Assembly: GCA_002269645.1 (NCBI GenBank)
Contig: NIVC01002163.1
Coordinates: forward strand, 1-64,000
Length of the DNA: 64,000 nt
Direction of reading: 5' to 3'
From: Macrostomum lignano
Lineage: Eukaryota
This document shows, in pieces, positions 11,572-22,600 of this stretch. The position numbers were made by a program, and so were the translations under genes. Under the pieces are notes generated by a model. It saw only the letters and a list, made by a program, of their open reading frames with translations. It had not been told where the DNA came from and did not search any database. Numbering within the stretch: position 1 is the stretch's first letter; the number at the start of each line of letters is the position of its first letter.

Positions 11572-14557
11572 TATGCCAGGATGAATTAGGTCATAAGGGT
11601 TAAAATTGCTGAAGTTTTGGAAAGTTAAATTTATTTGTATAAAACTATATAAAAATTGTATACTAAACTCCTAAGTTATATAACTTAATAACTTAATTGC
11701 ACCATTTAAACGATTAATTGCACCATTTTATTGCACCTACTAGTAAAAATTTAAAAAATAATAGATTTTCAACAAAATAATCAAATATTTGATAAAGCCT
11801 AAAGTTTAGACTTAGAACTTAATTTTTAAGACAAATTTTAAATAATGTAATGTTGTATGGCAACTATTGTGTTCAGATGAAAATTTAAAATGTTAAAGTT
11901 ATTATTTTATATTGTAGAAAACTAGTGATTAGTACCATAACACATTACTAGATATCTTTTGAAATGATGTATCACTGGTATCAGAACAAATCAGCTTTTG
12001 TAATTGTAGCTCGAAATTAGTACTGCATTATCTTCACTTTATATATATTAAACTCTTCAAAACTTTTATGGATTAAAAATATCAATTTTTAGTTGGTTTA
12101 TATTAATTGACTCCTTACTTTAAGTCACTTACGATTTCAAAGAAAATATTTTTTAAATAGATCGATATGATTTGTTGTCAATTAAGAGACAATATTGAAA
12201 GTAGTTTCCAAGAAAAGTGTGCAATTTAATTTTTATACAAAAATTCCGTGGTACTGTATAACAAAATAAGATTTTTTCTTATTTTTATTCCTACTTTTAT
12301 TAGTGCTTCACTTTAAAAGTAGGAATCACTCCCTTTTAAATACGACAGTTGATCGCTTCTAAAAACGCAGAATGAAAAGGTATTAATTTAGATTTTGTCA
12401 TATGACAGATGACTGGTGCTGACAACAACGACGACAAACAACAACAATTATGAAAATGGTGCAATTCATTCACGATCAAGACCTAGCGTTCAATTTGTTC
12501 AAATTAAATCAAAGCTTTTAATACTTTTGTATCCCTTTGCTAAGGCCCTTAACAAACTGGATGAGAGACTTTACAAGTATTTCTTTGAGTGGAATCTGGC
12601 ACATTGTCATAGACAATGACAGTAATAATACCCACAGGCCACACAGATAACAGCTTTGGGGGGGGGCAACCTAATATTAACTAGGGCCTAGGCCTTTCCA
12701 AAAGCAGTGGCCACATCTCGACACCTATTTGCGCCATTAAACATATACTTTAATTGAAATTGAAATTCATTTTAATTCAATTATTTTTTAATCAAATGGC
12801 TTTATAATTTGTATTAGGTAATTAGGACAAAGGCTTTCAGTTATTTTGCTGGCAGGCTCTAGTCGACATAGGTCTATAGGCTATAGTTTAATTTCTTTAG
12901 TTAATTTATTTCATAAGGCCTTTTATCTATAATACTTACTTACCCATTTATATAAACTAGATTAAAGGTATATAAGCTCATTGCAAAGCTATGCTTTGGC
13001 AAATGCATGGCATATTTATAATTAAATAAATATATTAGTTATATCAATATAAACTAGGCCCTAATTACCTAGGGCCAACCTTTGGTCTTTGGAGATGGAT
13101 ATTTTAATAAAATGTTTTTTATTATTTTTAGTAGGCCTACTAGTGCAACTAGGCTTAGAGAGATAGTTGCTCTCTTATTAGATAGAATTAGGAACATAAA
13201 AAATCTAAGGTAGGACCAAGCAAATGTTTGCCAAAAAAGCCATTCCTTTGGGTTTTTACTCTCCATAATCTACCCCCTTAACAAATTTCTAGTTATGCTA
13301 GCCTAGAGAGGGGGGCCTATTATGTTTTTTTAACAATTTCCTTTTTTAGTTTGCATATTTTTATTTTGCTAAATTTTCAAGTAATAGGGCCTATAGTTTA
13401 CCTTTTGTAGCATAATGAATAATGATTAAATTATAATAAATAATATTAGGCCTACAATTTAGTTGCCCTAGTCTTTAAATTCCCAAATGGCAATCAAAAC
13501 TGATTTTTTAATCATAATTAAAATAGAGTTTTTTGACATTTTAAATTGAAATTGAAATTTATAAAATCATTATTAATTCAAGTCAGTTGTAGTAAAATAA
13601 TTTGTATATTGAATTATTTGATACAGGCTAGTTTAAAAGGATAAATCTTGATTTGTAAGGTAGGCCTAATACATCTAGAAGGCTCAAAATCTAAACCAAA
13701 AAGACTAGATAAAGTTAGAGACATGATATATACTATACAAACTTTATGGGATATGTAGAACTTAGATATGCAGATATTTAGACTAAGAGTAAGACCATCA
13801 AAGAAATAGCTGGGAACTAAGAACCAATAAAAGCAAGGATAGGATATACATTGCTATTTGTTGATATCCCAGGCACTTTACTTAGCCTATAAGGGATTTA
13901 TGGATCTAAAAAGCATATTGTACAAAATCCTGATAGGCAAGCAAAGGGAATTTAAAGTTTGTTTTAGTCTATAGGTCTAAACTTTAGTCTAGTCACCATT
14001 GCAACATTGTTTTGGCATTTGTTTCTTTGTGTTTATCAAGTCTAAGATTTACTTTCCCTCTTTTTTCTGTCTCCTTTCTTTTTAGCCTTTCTATTTCCTC
14101 TCTATTCTTTTGTCCCTAATCTCTCTCTTAGTGTAGGTCTAATTATCTTATATCATTCTAATTTTTGTGGCATCTTTATCTTTTTCTCCATGCAATTTAA
14201 AAAAATGGGAAATTGGAATTGAAATTCTATCTATCTCTAATTTGTACTTAATACTATATTATTTTACAATTAGTGTTATTTGTAACAGCCTAACATTAGA
14301 ATTTAGCATGAACCATTATTTCAAACCCTACAATAAAGCATATCAATTTGTCCTAGAATTTTTTAACCCATACATGGTTTTTACATGCTATAAAATGTAT
14401 TTATAATATTGAATTATCATTAGTGGTGGTGAGGGTTATTTAGATGGGACCAACATCCCAGGTTTTTTGGGATGATGAAATATTAAAAATATCTTCTATG
14501 AATTCGATGCCTCACTCTTAACCCCTGTCTACAATATGATAAACAAATTTTTGCCCG

Positions 14558-15754
14558 ATGCAGTCACGAGTGGCCTCCACCAGCTGCTATTTGGTGGCAG
14601 CGGCTGCCTGTCGGCCAGCAGCACTGCCAGGCTGCAGACTGCTACTGCAGACTTCCAAGCGGCTTCCTCATTGTAGCAGAATCTGCTTTCAGCGTAACTT
14701 AGCAACTGGGAATTCTACCACTACCAGCGCCGCGGCAGGGGTGCTGTCGGAGACTCAGCTTGGTGTCTACCTACCTGCTCCTGAGGGCCTGGTGAACGCC
14801 AAGATTTCGGCAGGCGTTGATCCCAGCCTGGCCGAGCTGGGATTGGCCACCAGCGCGTGGCCAGCCGATCTGGTCCAGCGCACTCTGGAATGGCTTCACT
14901 GCTCAGCCGAGCTGCCCTGGTGGGCCGGCATCACGGCATTCGTAGTCAGCGCACGCATTCTCCTGTTCCCCGTCATGGTGATGCACAGGCGCAACTGTAA
15001 TCTCTACATTAACGCCCTGTCGTCGCAGCAAACCCAGACAGCGACGCTGCTGCAGGCGGTGAAATCCGGCCGAATGGAGGAGGCCGAATGGCTGCAGAAG
15101 CAGCTAACTGACCAGATGCACAAGCAGACTTTGCCGCTGCTGAAACGCGTCATGGCCTGCCCGTTGCTGGCCTTCCTGCCCGTGTTTGGCAGCACTTTCT
15201 ACGCGTTGAACCGGCTGTCCACCAGCGGCTTGCCCAGTCTGGAGTCCGGCGGCGCCTTCTGGTTTGCTGACCTCACCTTGCCGGATCCGTACCTAGGCCT
15301 GCCAGTGCTGAGCATAGCAACCACCTATGCTATGCTGCTGACTGGCTCGGAGATGCCTCAGTTAAACAAACTTCCCGGCTCAAAGTTCACTAAAACTCTG
15401 CTGTTTGGCCTGCCGCTGGTTGCCCTGCCTCTGGCTATGCACTTTAGCGCGGCCGTTGTGTACTTTTGGTCGTTAAACAACGTGCTATCGCTGGCGCAGG
15501 GTACGCTGTTGAAGCGACCAGCCGTCGCCAAGGCGCTGAACATCCCGCAGGTGAACATCGGCCGGGCCTTCTCCGGCGCCGGCGCCAATCCTTTAGCGGA
15601 ATTTCGTGAAATTTTCGACGCCAAGCGCGGCTCCGAAATGCCGCGCGTGATGGAGGAACAGATGCGGAATCTGCGCGACCAGCGGCAGCAGCAGCAGCAG
15701 CAGCAGCAGAGTTCCGGGGTCAGCGATCGCAAAGAGTCATCTGGAAAGAATTAA
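14558..15754 (+). CDS. OXA1L: Mitochondrial inner-membrane insertase Oxa1/YidC family, 398 aa, intronless
   Basis: ELGLATSAWPADLVQRTLEWLH..LPWWAGI, GGAFWFADLTLPDPYLGLP and VVYFWSLNNVLSLAQ are Oxa1 motifs. Arg/Ser-rich presequence-like N-terminus and a C-terminal poly-Q. Confidence 0.92.
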   Translation: MQSRVASTSCYLVAAAACRPAALPGCRLLLQTSKRLPHCSRICFQRNLATGNSTTTSAAAGVLSETQLGVYLPAPEGLVNAKISAGVDPSLAELGLATSAWPADLVQRTLEWLHCSAELPWWAGITAFVVSARILLFPVMVMHRRNCNLYINALSSQQTQTATLLQAVKSGRMEEAEWLQKQLTDQMHKQTLPLLKRVMACPLLAFLPVFGSTFYALNRLSTSGLPSLESGGAFWFADLTLPDPYLGLPVLSIATTYAMLLTGSEMPQLNKLPGSKFTKTLLFGLPLVALPLAMHFSAAVVYFWSLNNVLSLAQGTLLKRPAVAKALNIPQVNIGRAFSGAGANPLAEFREIFDAKRGSEMPRVMEEQMRNLRDQRQQQQQQQQSSGVSDRKESSGKN

Positions 15755-16129
15755 AAATACCGAGCTGCAAAATTAAAGCGCTAATTAGATGACGAAGCAT
15801 TTTTATGACAATTAAAAAATAGTTACTCGCACCTTTTACCTTTTCAATATTGTCTTTTGTAAAACTTGCTAGTGAAAATTTGTCAGTGTTCAAGCTTTGA
15901 ATTGGAGCAATTTGAAAACTGTGTGTCTTTTTATACGTAGTTATATTAAAATGATCTTAGAAGCTTCGTGAAAATTGGTTTCTTTATTCTTTTTTAAAAT
16001 TTTCCATAGATTTGCCTCAGATGAGTAAATTGTGAATTTTTAAGTCCTCTTTGCTCCCGAAAAATATAGACAAATTCGCATTACAACGCTACTTTCAGTA
16101 GTAGTATTGCAAAACCGCCGCCAGTTATA

Positions 16130-16879
16130 ATGCTTGCCACAGCAACCTTGGTGGCCCGCTGTCGACACAGCCGCCTCAGCACCCCTTGCCGCTTCCATCG
16201 GTTGTTCTCCGGCGATGCGGCCCTCAACGCCGGTCTCTGCGTCCTGGCCGGCGCTGCCGCCTGCCTGACGCCGCCGTGGGCAGCCGTCACGCGTCGCGAA
16301 TTGACCGCCCGCTGCGCCCACCTAACTGGCGGTGTCGCCGCTTTTGCCGACTGCGTCGACGCGCATCGAATAAAGAATCTGAGCGCCTACCGGCGTCGCC
16401 TGCAGGACTGCGAGCGGCACTGGGCCGGGTTCACTCGCCGCGCCGGCTACGCCGTGCTGCTGCACGTCGGCTGTCGGGCTGTCGCCGTCTCGACGGCCGC
16501 CGTCGCCGTGCAGCTGTTGGTGGAACCGGTGCTGAGCCTGGACAGTCAGGCAGTCCTGGCCCTGGCTGTTGGGGCCACCGCGTTCTGGCGACCGTTCCGT
16601 CTGGCCAGGCTGACCGGCCTGCAGTCGGCGCATCTGGTCTGCCCGCACTATCCGCGCGCCGTCCAATTAGCCGCTCTGGCCTCCTCGGCGCCATATTTTC
16701 TTGCCTCCGGCGCTATTGGCGCCGTGTACGCCGCGCCGCCGCAGTTGGCGCTAATGCTAGGCGCGTTTCTAATCGGCCAGGCGGCAAAAGGCGCCATATT
16801 GGACACGGCTTGGGCGCGCCGGCGCTGGCGCCTGCCGGTATTTGCGTCCTGCCTGCGGAGAGCTCCAGCTGGGAGTTGA
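16130..16879 (+). CDS. Hypothetical multi-pass membrane protein, 249 aa
   Basis: GC-rich ORF with host-like codon use in AT-rich flanks, ATG in good context, several hydrophobic segments. No family recognised. Confidence 0.6.
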   Translation: MLATATLVARCRHSRLSTPCRFHRLFSGDAALNAGLCVLAGAAACLTPPWAAVTRRELTARCAHLTGGVAAFADCVDAHRIKNLSAYRRRLQDCERHWAGFTRRAGYAVLLHVGCRAVAVSTAAVAVQLLVEPVLSLDSQAVLALAVGATAFWRPFRLARLTGLQSAHLVCPHYPRAVQLAALASSAPYFLASGAIGAVYAAPPQLALMLGAFLIGQAAKGAILDTAWARRRWRLPVFASCLRRAPAGS

Positions 16880-16929
16880 GCTGCTTGTTTTGGAGATGCA
16901 GACTGCTGCCGTGTCTCGGGAGAAGCCGA

Positions 16930-17575
16930 GGGTTGTGGGATAGTAGCTGAGGTTGTGGGATGGTAGCGGAGGTTGTGGGATGGTAGCTGAGGTTGTGGGA
17001 TGGTAGCGGAGGTTGTGGGATGGTAGCGGAGGTTGTGGGATGGTAGCTGAGGTTGTGGGATGGTAGCGGAGGTTGTGGGATGGTAGCTGAGGTTGTGGGA
17101 TGGTAGCTGAGGTTGTGGGATGGTAGCTGAGGTTGTGGGATGGTAGCTGAGGTTGTGGGATGGTAGCGGAGGTTGTGGGATGGTAGCTGAGGTTGTGGGA
17201 TGGTAGCGGAGGTTGTGGGATGGTAGCTGAGGTTGTGGGATGGTAGCTGAGGTTGTGGGATGGTAGCGGAGGTTGTGGGATGGTAGCTGAGGTTGTGGGA
17301 TGGTAGCGGAGGTTGTGGGATGGTAGCGGAGGTTGTGGGATGGTAGCGGAGGTTGTGGGATGGTAGCGGAGGATGTGGGATGGTAGCGGAGGATGTGGAA
17401 TGGTAGCGGAGGATGTGGGATGGTAGCGGAGGATGTGGGATGGTAGCGGAGGATGTGGGATGGTAGCGGAGGATGTGGAATGGTAGCGGAGGATGTGGGA
17501 TGGTAGCGGAGGATGTGGAATGGTAGCTGAGGTTGTGGGATGGTAGCGGAGGATGTTGGATGGTAGCGGAGGTGA
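16930..17575. repeat. 20-bp minisatellite GAGGTTGTGGGATGGTAGC(T/G), about 32 copies
   Basis: Exact 20-nt period between the orphan ORF and DPH3. Confidence 0.97.
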
Positions 17576-17998
17576 GGATGTGGGATTGAGTATAGCGGAC
17601 GGTTTGGAAATAGGCTGTCACGCTGTAGTATGTATAGGATTGGCATTAGCAAGATGTCACAGTCATACTATGTAGATATTCTTCCCGTACTGTAGTTCAT
17701 AGCCAAACAGAGACTTGCATTTTAATGGAGCCACACTTTAATTATGAATGTTTAGCAAAATTATTAATATTCGAAATACTCTTGTACGCATCTTGTTTTT
17801 TTAAACTGTTCTTTTAATTCTATATAGCACAATGTTTGCGCTACTGTTCTGGCAACAAAGACTCGTACATAAATAGCATTCCATATCTTCTCTATTTTAT
17901 GCATGAGCTAAAGCAAACAAAGCACCGCCTTAGTTCGCGTGTTTGCGCGTTAAATAAAACAGCATATAAAAAATACTACAGAAAACTAAAGGATCAAG

Positions 17999-18253
17999 AT
18001 GTCAGTGTACCACGACGAGATCGAGATTGAGGACATGGAGTGGTGCCAGGACGAGGCCAAGTTCTACTATCCGTGCCCGTGCGGCGACCAGTTCGAGATC
18101 AGCCTGGAGGAGCTGGAAGGCGGCGAGGACGTGGCCAAGTGCCCGTCCTGCTCACTGATCATCAGAGTCATATTCGAGGAGGCGGACCTGAACAGGCTGG
18201 TTGTTGGCGCCGCTCAGCTTGGCATTGGCAGCGCAGTCACTGCGAGCGCTTAA
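17999..18253 (+). CDS. DPH3: Diphthamide biosynthesis protein 3 (CSL zinc finger, KTI11)
   Basis: [13 protein letters not shown]...[12 protein letters not shown]...[15 protein letters not shown] is the DPH3 signature. Confidence 0.96.
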   Translation: MSVYHDEIEIEDMEWCQDEAKFYYPCPCGDQFEISLEELEGGEDVAKCPSCSLIIRVIFEEADLNRLVVGAAQLGIGSAVTASA

Positions 18254-19661
18254 ATCTAATAATACAGTCCACTATTCTGGGGTGTAGTAGCTAAATAACT
18301 AAAAATACGATCCGGACTGTTAAGCCATGGACGTCTGAGCCTGTCTGTGGACTGGAAGTACGGACTAAATTTTGAGTTTCATTGAGCTCGCTTTACAGTC
18401 GTCTGTGGGGTTCGGATAATTGGGTCATATACGTCGTAAAAATGACTTACCGCTAACCGCTATTTACTCAAGGGACTGACTGGTCCAAGGCATTACTAAA
18501 GTCATCTTTTAAGTTATGTCATTTACAGGCAAATTTTTTTCTGCTAAATAAATCATTTCGGCCGCAGTTCTATCTGTTCAGATAAAACCGAAGCATGTTC
18601 AGCAAGAACGAACGTCAGAGACAAATGCTTGTGGATTATAATAATGCATGGTTGTGGTTCTTTGTACATGATTATCAATAGACAGTATATTTACTCATAT
18701 GTGCAGAAGAAAAACAAGCTACAACTAATAGTCATTTACGATTATAATATTTGCAGTAGATTTACCGATGATGTTGCCGGAGACTGGCTGCAGTCTAATA
18801 GTAGTAACTAAACACAGAAAAATGGATTCCAAAAAGCACTATATACACTGCCCGCTGGCAAGACCCGAAAACCAGATACCAAAACTTTTGTACACCTTGC
18901 TTGAAGCATACGAACTAAAAATCTGCCGAATGGTTATAAATTATAATATAAAACACATTACCGAGCTTTAAACGTGTCAAAAATATTTTTGTTATCTGCT
19001 CTGTTAAGTTGTCAAAAAAGTAATTTACGGAACACAGAAAGCTCACAGAGCCTTGCAGTCTTGAGTACTAAGGAAATAGATTTGTACATGACAAGACGGA
19101 GCAGGTTATAAAAACGCAAAGTGAAGTGAAAAAATAAACAATATTATCTAACGCATGCAAAGTATATAGGACATCAGAGGGTGACCTTCAACTGTCACTG
19201 ACTGAATTCTATAATCTGCAGGTCAAGATGGGCACTCGGCTATGATAAAGCTTCTGGATATTCAATTTAGTTTGTTAAAATATAGTGAGCGTCAATGCTT
19301 CAAAAATTAGTACATAGTGTAAAAACAATTTAAATTGTTACCATATACTTATTAACAACGATACTAACTACTTCAAGTAAAAACAAACGAGTAGCAAAAT
19401 AAATCACTGACGAAAATAGTAAAAAATCGACTTTATCGACTGGGCTTATACACTCGCAATAGTAAATTTGATACTTAAAGCAAGCTGAAAACTTTAGTTA
19501 TCCAATTGAGATAAGAAATAATTCCTTAACAACCAATAGAACAATAATTACAAAACAAATTTATAAAGGAAAGTTAAACCCCAAACCTTGTAGTGTCCGC
19601 GAACCACTCCTGACAACCAGAGCGTAAACTCTGATCATCCAGGTGTCACAGACTCACTCAC

Positions 19662-22600
19662 TCAGGCCTTCTGGTAGCACTTGTTGCACACTCGCACTTC
19701 TATGTCCCAGCCGCGGGCGGGCACGGGCTGGCGCTTAGGCGAGCAGGGGTCGCAGACGCCCATGCCGCAGCGCCGGCAGTGGTGAATGCTCCGCTTGCTG
19801 TGGAACGGCTTTTCGCAGCAGCTGCACTGGCTGATGTCATCGTCGCGCTGCCAGTAGGAGGGCCTGGCGAAGCTTTTGATAGCACCGGCGGTGCTGCTGT
19901 ACACAGAGCCGCAGGCGGAGGTCAGCAGTTCGGTGTACTGCCGCAGCTTCGTGTCGTTAGCGACCACCGAGGCTGGCGCGCTGCCGGAGCTGCTGTAGCA
20001 GGTCTCGCATACCCGCACCTGACATCGGACAGAATATAGAAGCTTATGTAAACAGTTGCTGCTTACAGAATCTCCTATTTTAATAAGCGTCTGATGCTAT
20101 ATTCCTCATTTGCTATATCACCTTTTCAGACTGATTCCATCTGATCTCCCAATTCTGATCCCACCTGATCTCCCAGTTCTGATCCTATCTACTATCCCAG
20201 TTCTGATCCCATCTGATCTGTCAATTATGATCCCATCTGATGTGTCAATTATGATCCCATCTGATGTGTCAATTATGATCCCATCTGATGTGTCAATTAT
20301 GATCCCATCTGATGTGTCAATTATGATCCCATCTGATGTGTCAATTATGATCCCATCTGATGTGTCAATTATGATCCCATCTGATCTGTCAATTATGATC
20401 CCATCTGATCTGTCAATTATGATCCCATCTGATCTGTCAATTATGATCCCATCTGATCTGTCAATTATGATCCCATCTGATCTCCCAGTTCTGATCCCAT
20501 CTGATCTGTCAATTATGATCCCATCTGATCTCCCAGTTCTGATCCCATCTGATCTCCCAGTTCTGATCCCATCTGATCTGTCAATTATGATCCCATCTGA
20601 TCTCCAAGTTCTGATCCCATCTGATCTGTCAATTATGATCCCATCTACTCTCCCCAGTTCTGATCCAATCTGCTCTCCCAATTCCGATCCCATCTCTCAG
20701 GCCAACAGCAAACCCAAGAGGAGTGTGATGCCCACCTTATCAGAGCCGTAGCCGCTGACATGAGCCCTGTAGTTGCTGCAGCGGTGGCAAAAACCTTGGC
20801 CGCAGCTTCGGCAGTGATGCTTGTCCATGTCCGGCTCTTCTAAAAAGCTCATGCCGCAGCGGTGGCACTTTTCTATCTGACTGTTTGGCACCCAGTTGGA
20901 GGGCGCGATACTGTCCGATATGTAGTCCGTTATCACCTGGCAAGTGGGGTATTTCAGTCGCGGTTATTGGTATTGAATGGTGAGGGATCTCAGTTGGTCT
21001 GGTGCTGGGATATTCTAATTCTTCAGTAGTTTCATACAGTCTGGGAAATCAGAGGGTCAGAGGACACATGGTCAGGGGTGTATAAGAAGTATCAGACAGT
21101 CAGGAGCGCCAAAAGGTCAAGTGTGTCTGATGAGGTGTCAGATGACCAGGGTGTCAGACGGTCAAAAGCTAGTGTCAGAGGGCAGGGCTGTCAGATGGTC
21201 AGTAGTGTCAGATGATCAGGGTGTCAGATAATCAGGGTGTCAGATGACCAGGGTGTCAGACATTCAAGAGCTAGTGTCAGAAGACAGGGCTGTCAGATGG
21301 TCAGTAGTGTCAGATGGCCAGGGTGTCAGACGGTCAAGAGCTAGTGTCAGATGGTCAGTAGTGTCAGATGACCAGGGTGTCAGACGGTCAAAAGCTAGTG
21401 TCAGAGGGCAGGACTGTCAGATGGTCAATAGTGTCAGATGGCAAGGGTGTCAGACGGTCAAGAGCTAGTGTCAGAGAGCAGGACTGTCAGATGGTCAGTA
21501 GTGTCAGATGGCAAGGGTGTCAGACGGTCAAGAGCTAGTGTCAGAAGACAGGGCTGTCAGATGGTCAGTAGTGTCAGATGGCAAGGGTGTCAGATGATCA
21601 GGGTGTCAGATGATCAGGGTGTCAGATGACCAGGGTGTCAGACATTCAAGAGCTAGTGTCAGAAGACAGGGCTGTCAGATGGTCAGTAGTGTCAGATGGC
21701 CAGGGTGTCAGACGGTCAAGAGCTAGTGTCAGATGGTCAGTAGTGTCAGATGACCAGGGTGTCAGACGGTCAAAAGCTAGTGTCAGAGGGCAGGACTGTC
21801 AGATGGTCAATAGTGTCAGATGGCAAGGGTGTCAGACGGTCAAGAGCTAGTGTCAGAGAGCAGGACTGTCAGATGGTCAGTAGTGTCAGATGGCAAGGGT
21901 GTCAGACGGTCAAGAGCTAGTGTCAGAAGACAGGGCTGTCAGATGGTCAGTAGTGTCAGATGGCAAGGGTGTCAGATGATCAGGGTGTCAGATGACCAGG
22001 GTGTCAGACATTCAAGAGCTAGTGTCAGAAGACAGGGCTGTCAGATGGTCGGTAGTGTCAGATGACCAGGGTGTCAGACGGTCAAGAGCTAGTGTCAGAA
22101 GACAGGGCTGTCAGATGGTCAGTAGTGTCAGATGGCCAGGGTGTCAGATGATCAGGGTGTCAGATGACCAGGGTGTCAGACATTCAAGAGCTAGTGTCAG
22201 AAGACAGGGCTGTCAGATGGTCGGTAGTGTCAGATGACCAGGGTGTCAGACGGTCAAAAGCTAGTGTCAGAGGGCAGGACTGTCAGATGGTCAGTAGTGT
22301 CAGACGGCAAGGGTGTCAGACGGTCAAGAGCTAGTGTCAGAGGGCAGGACTGTCAGATGGTCAGTAGTGTCAGATGGCAAGGGTTCAGACGGTCAGACCA
22401 GTACAAACCTGCGTCGGCAGGGCGGCGCTAACGGAGCTGACGGCAAAGTTGACGCCATCCAGCAGTCGCTGAGCGGCATTCAGCGAGCCTTCAGCTCCGG
22501 GCACAACGTCGGCGTCGTCCCAGACGTGGCGAACCTCGGAGCGGACCACTTTGGCCCGCTCGGGATCCTCGTTGCCGTACCAGTGCTGCCGGCTGCGGTA

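Noticed and set aside
12416-12619. Possible hAT transposase relic (LLYPFAKALNKL)
   Set aside because: A single short motif resemblance with no supporting flanks or termini.
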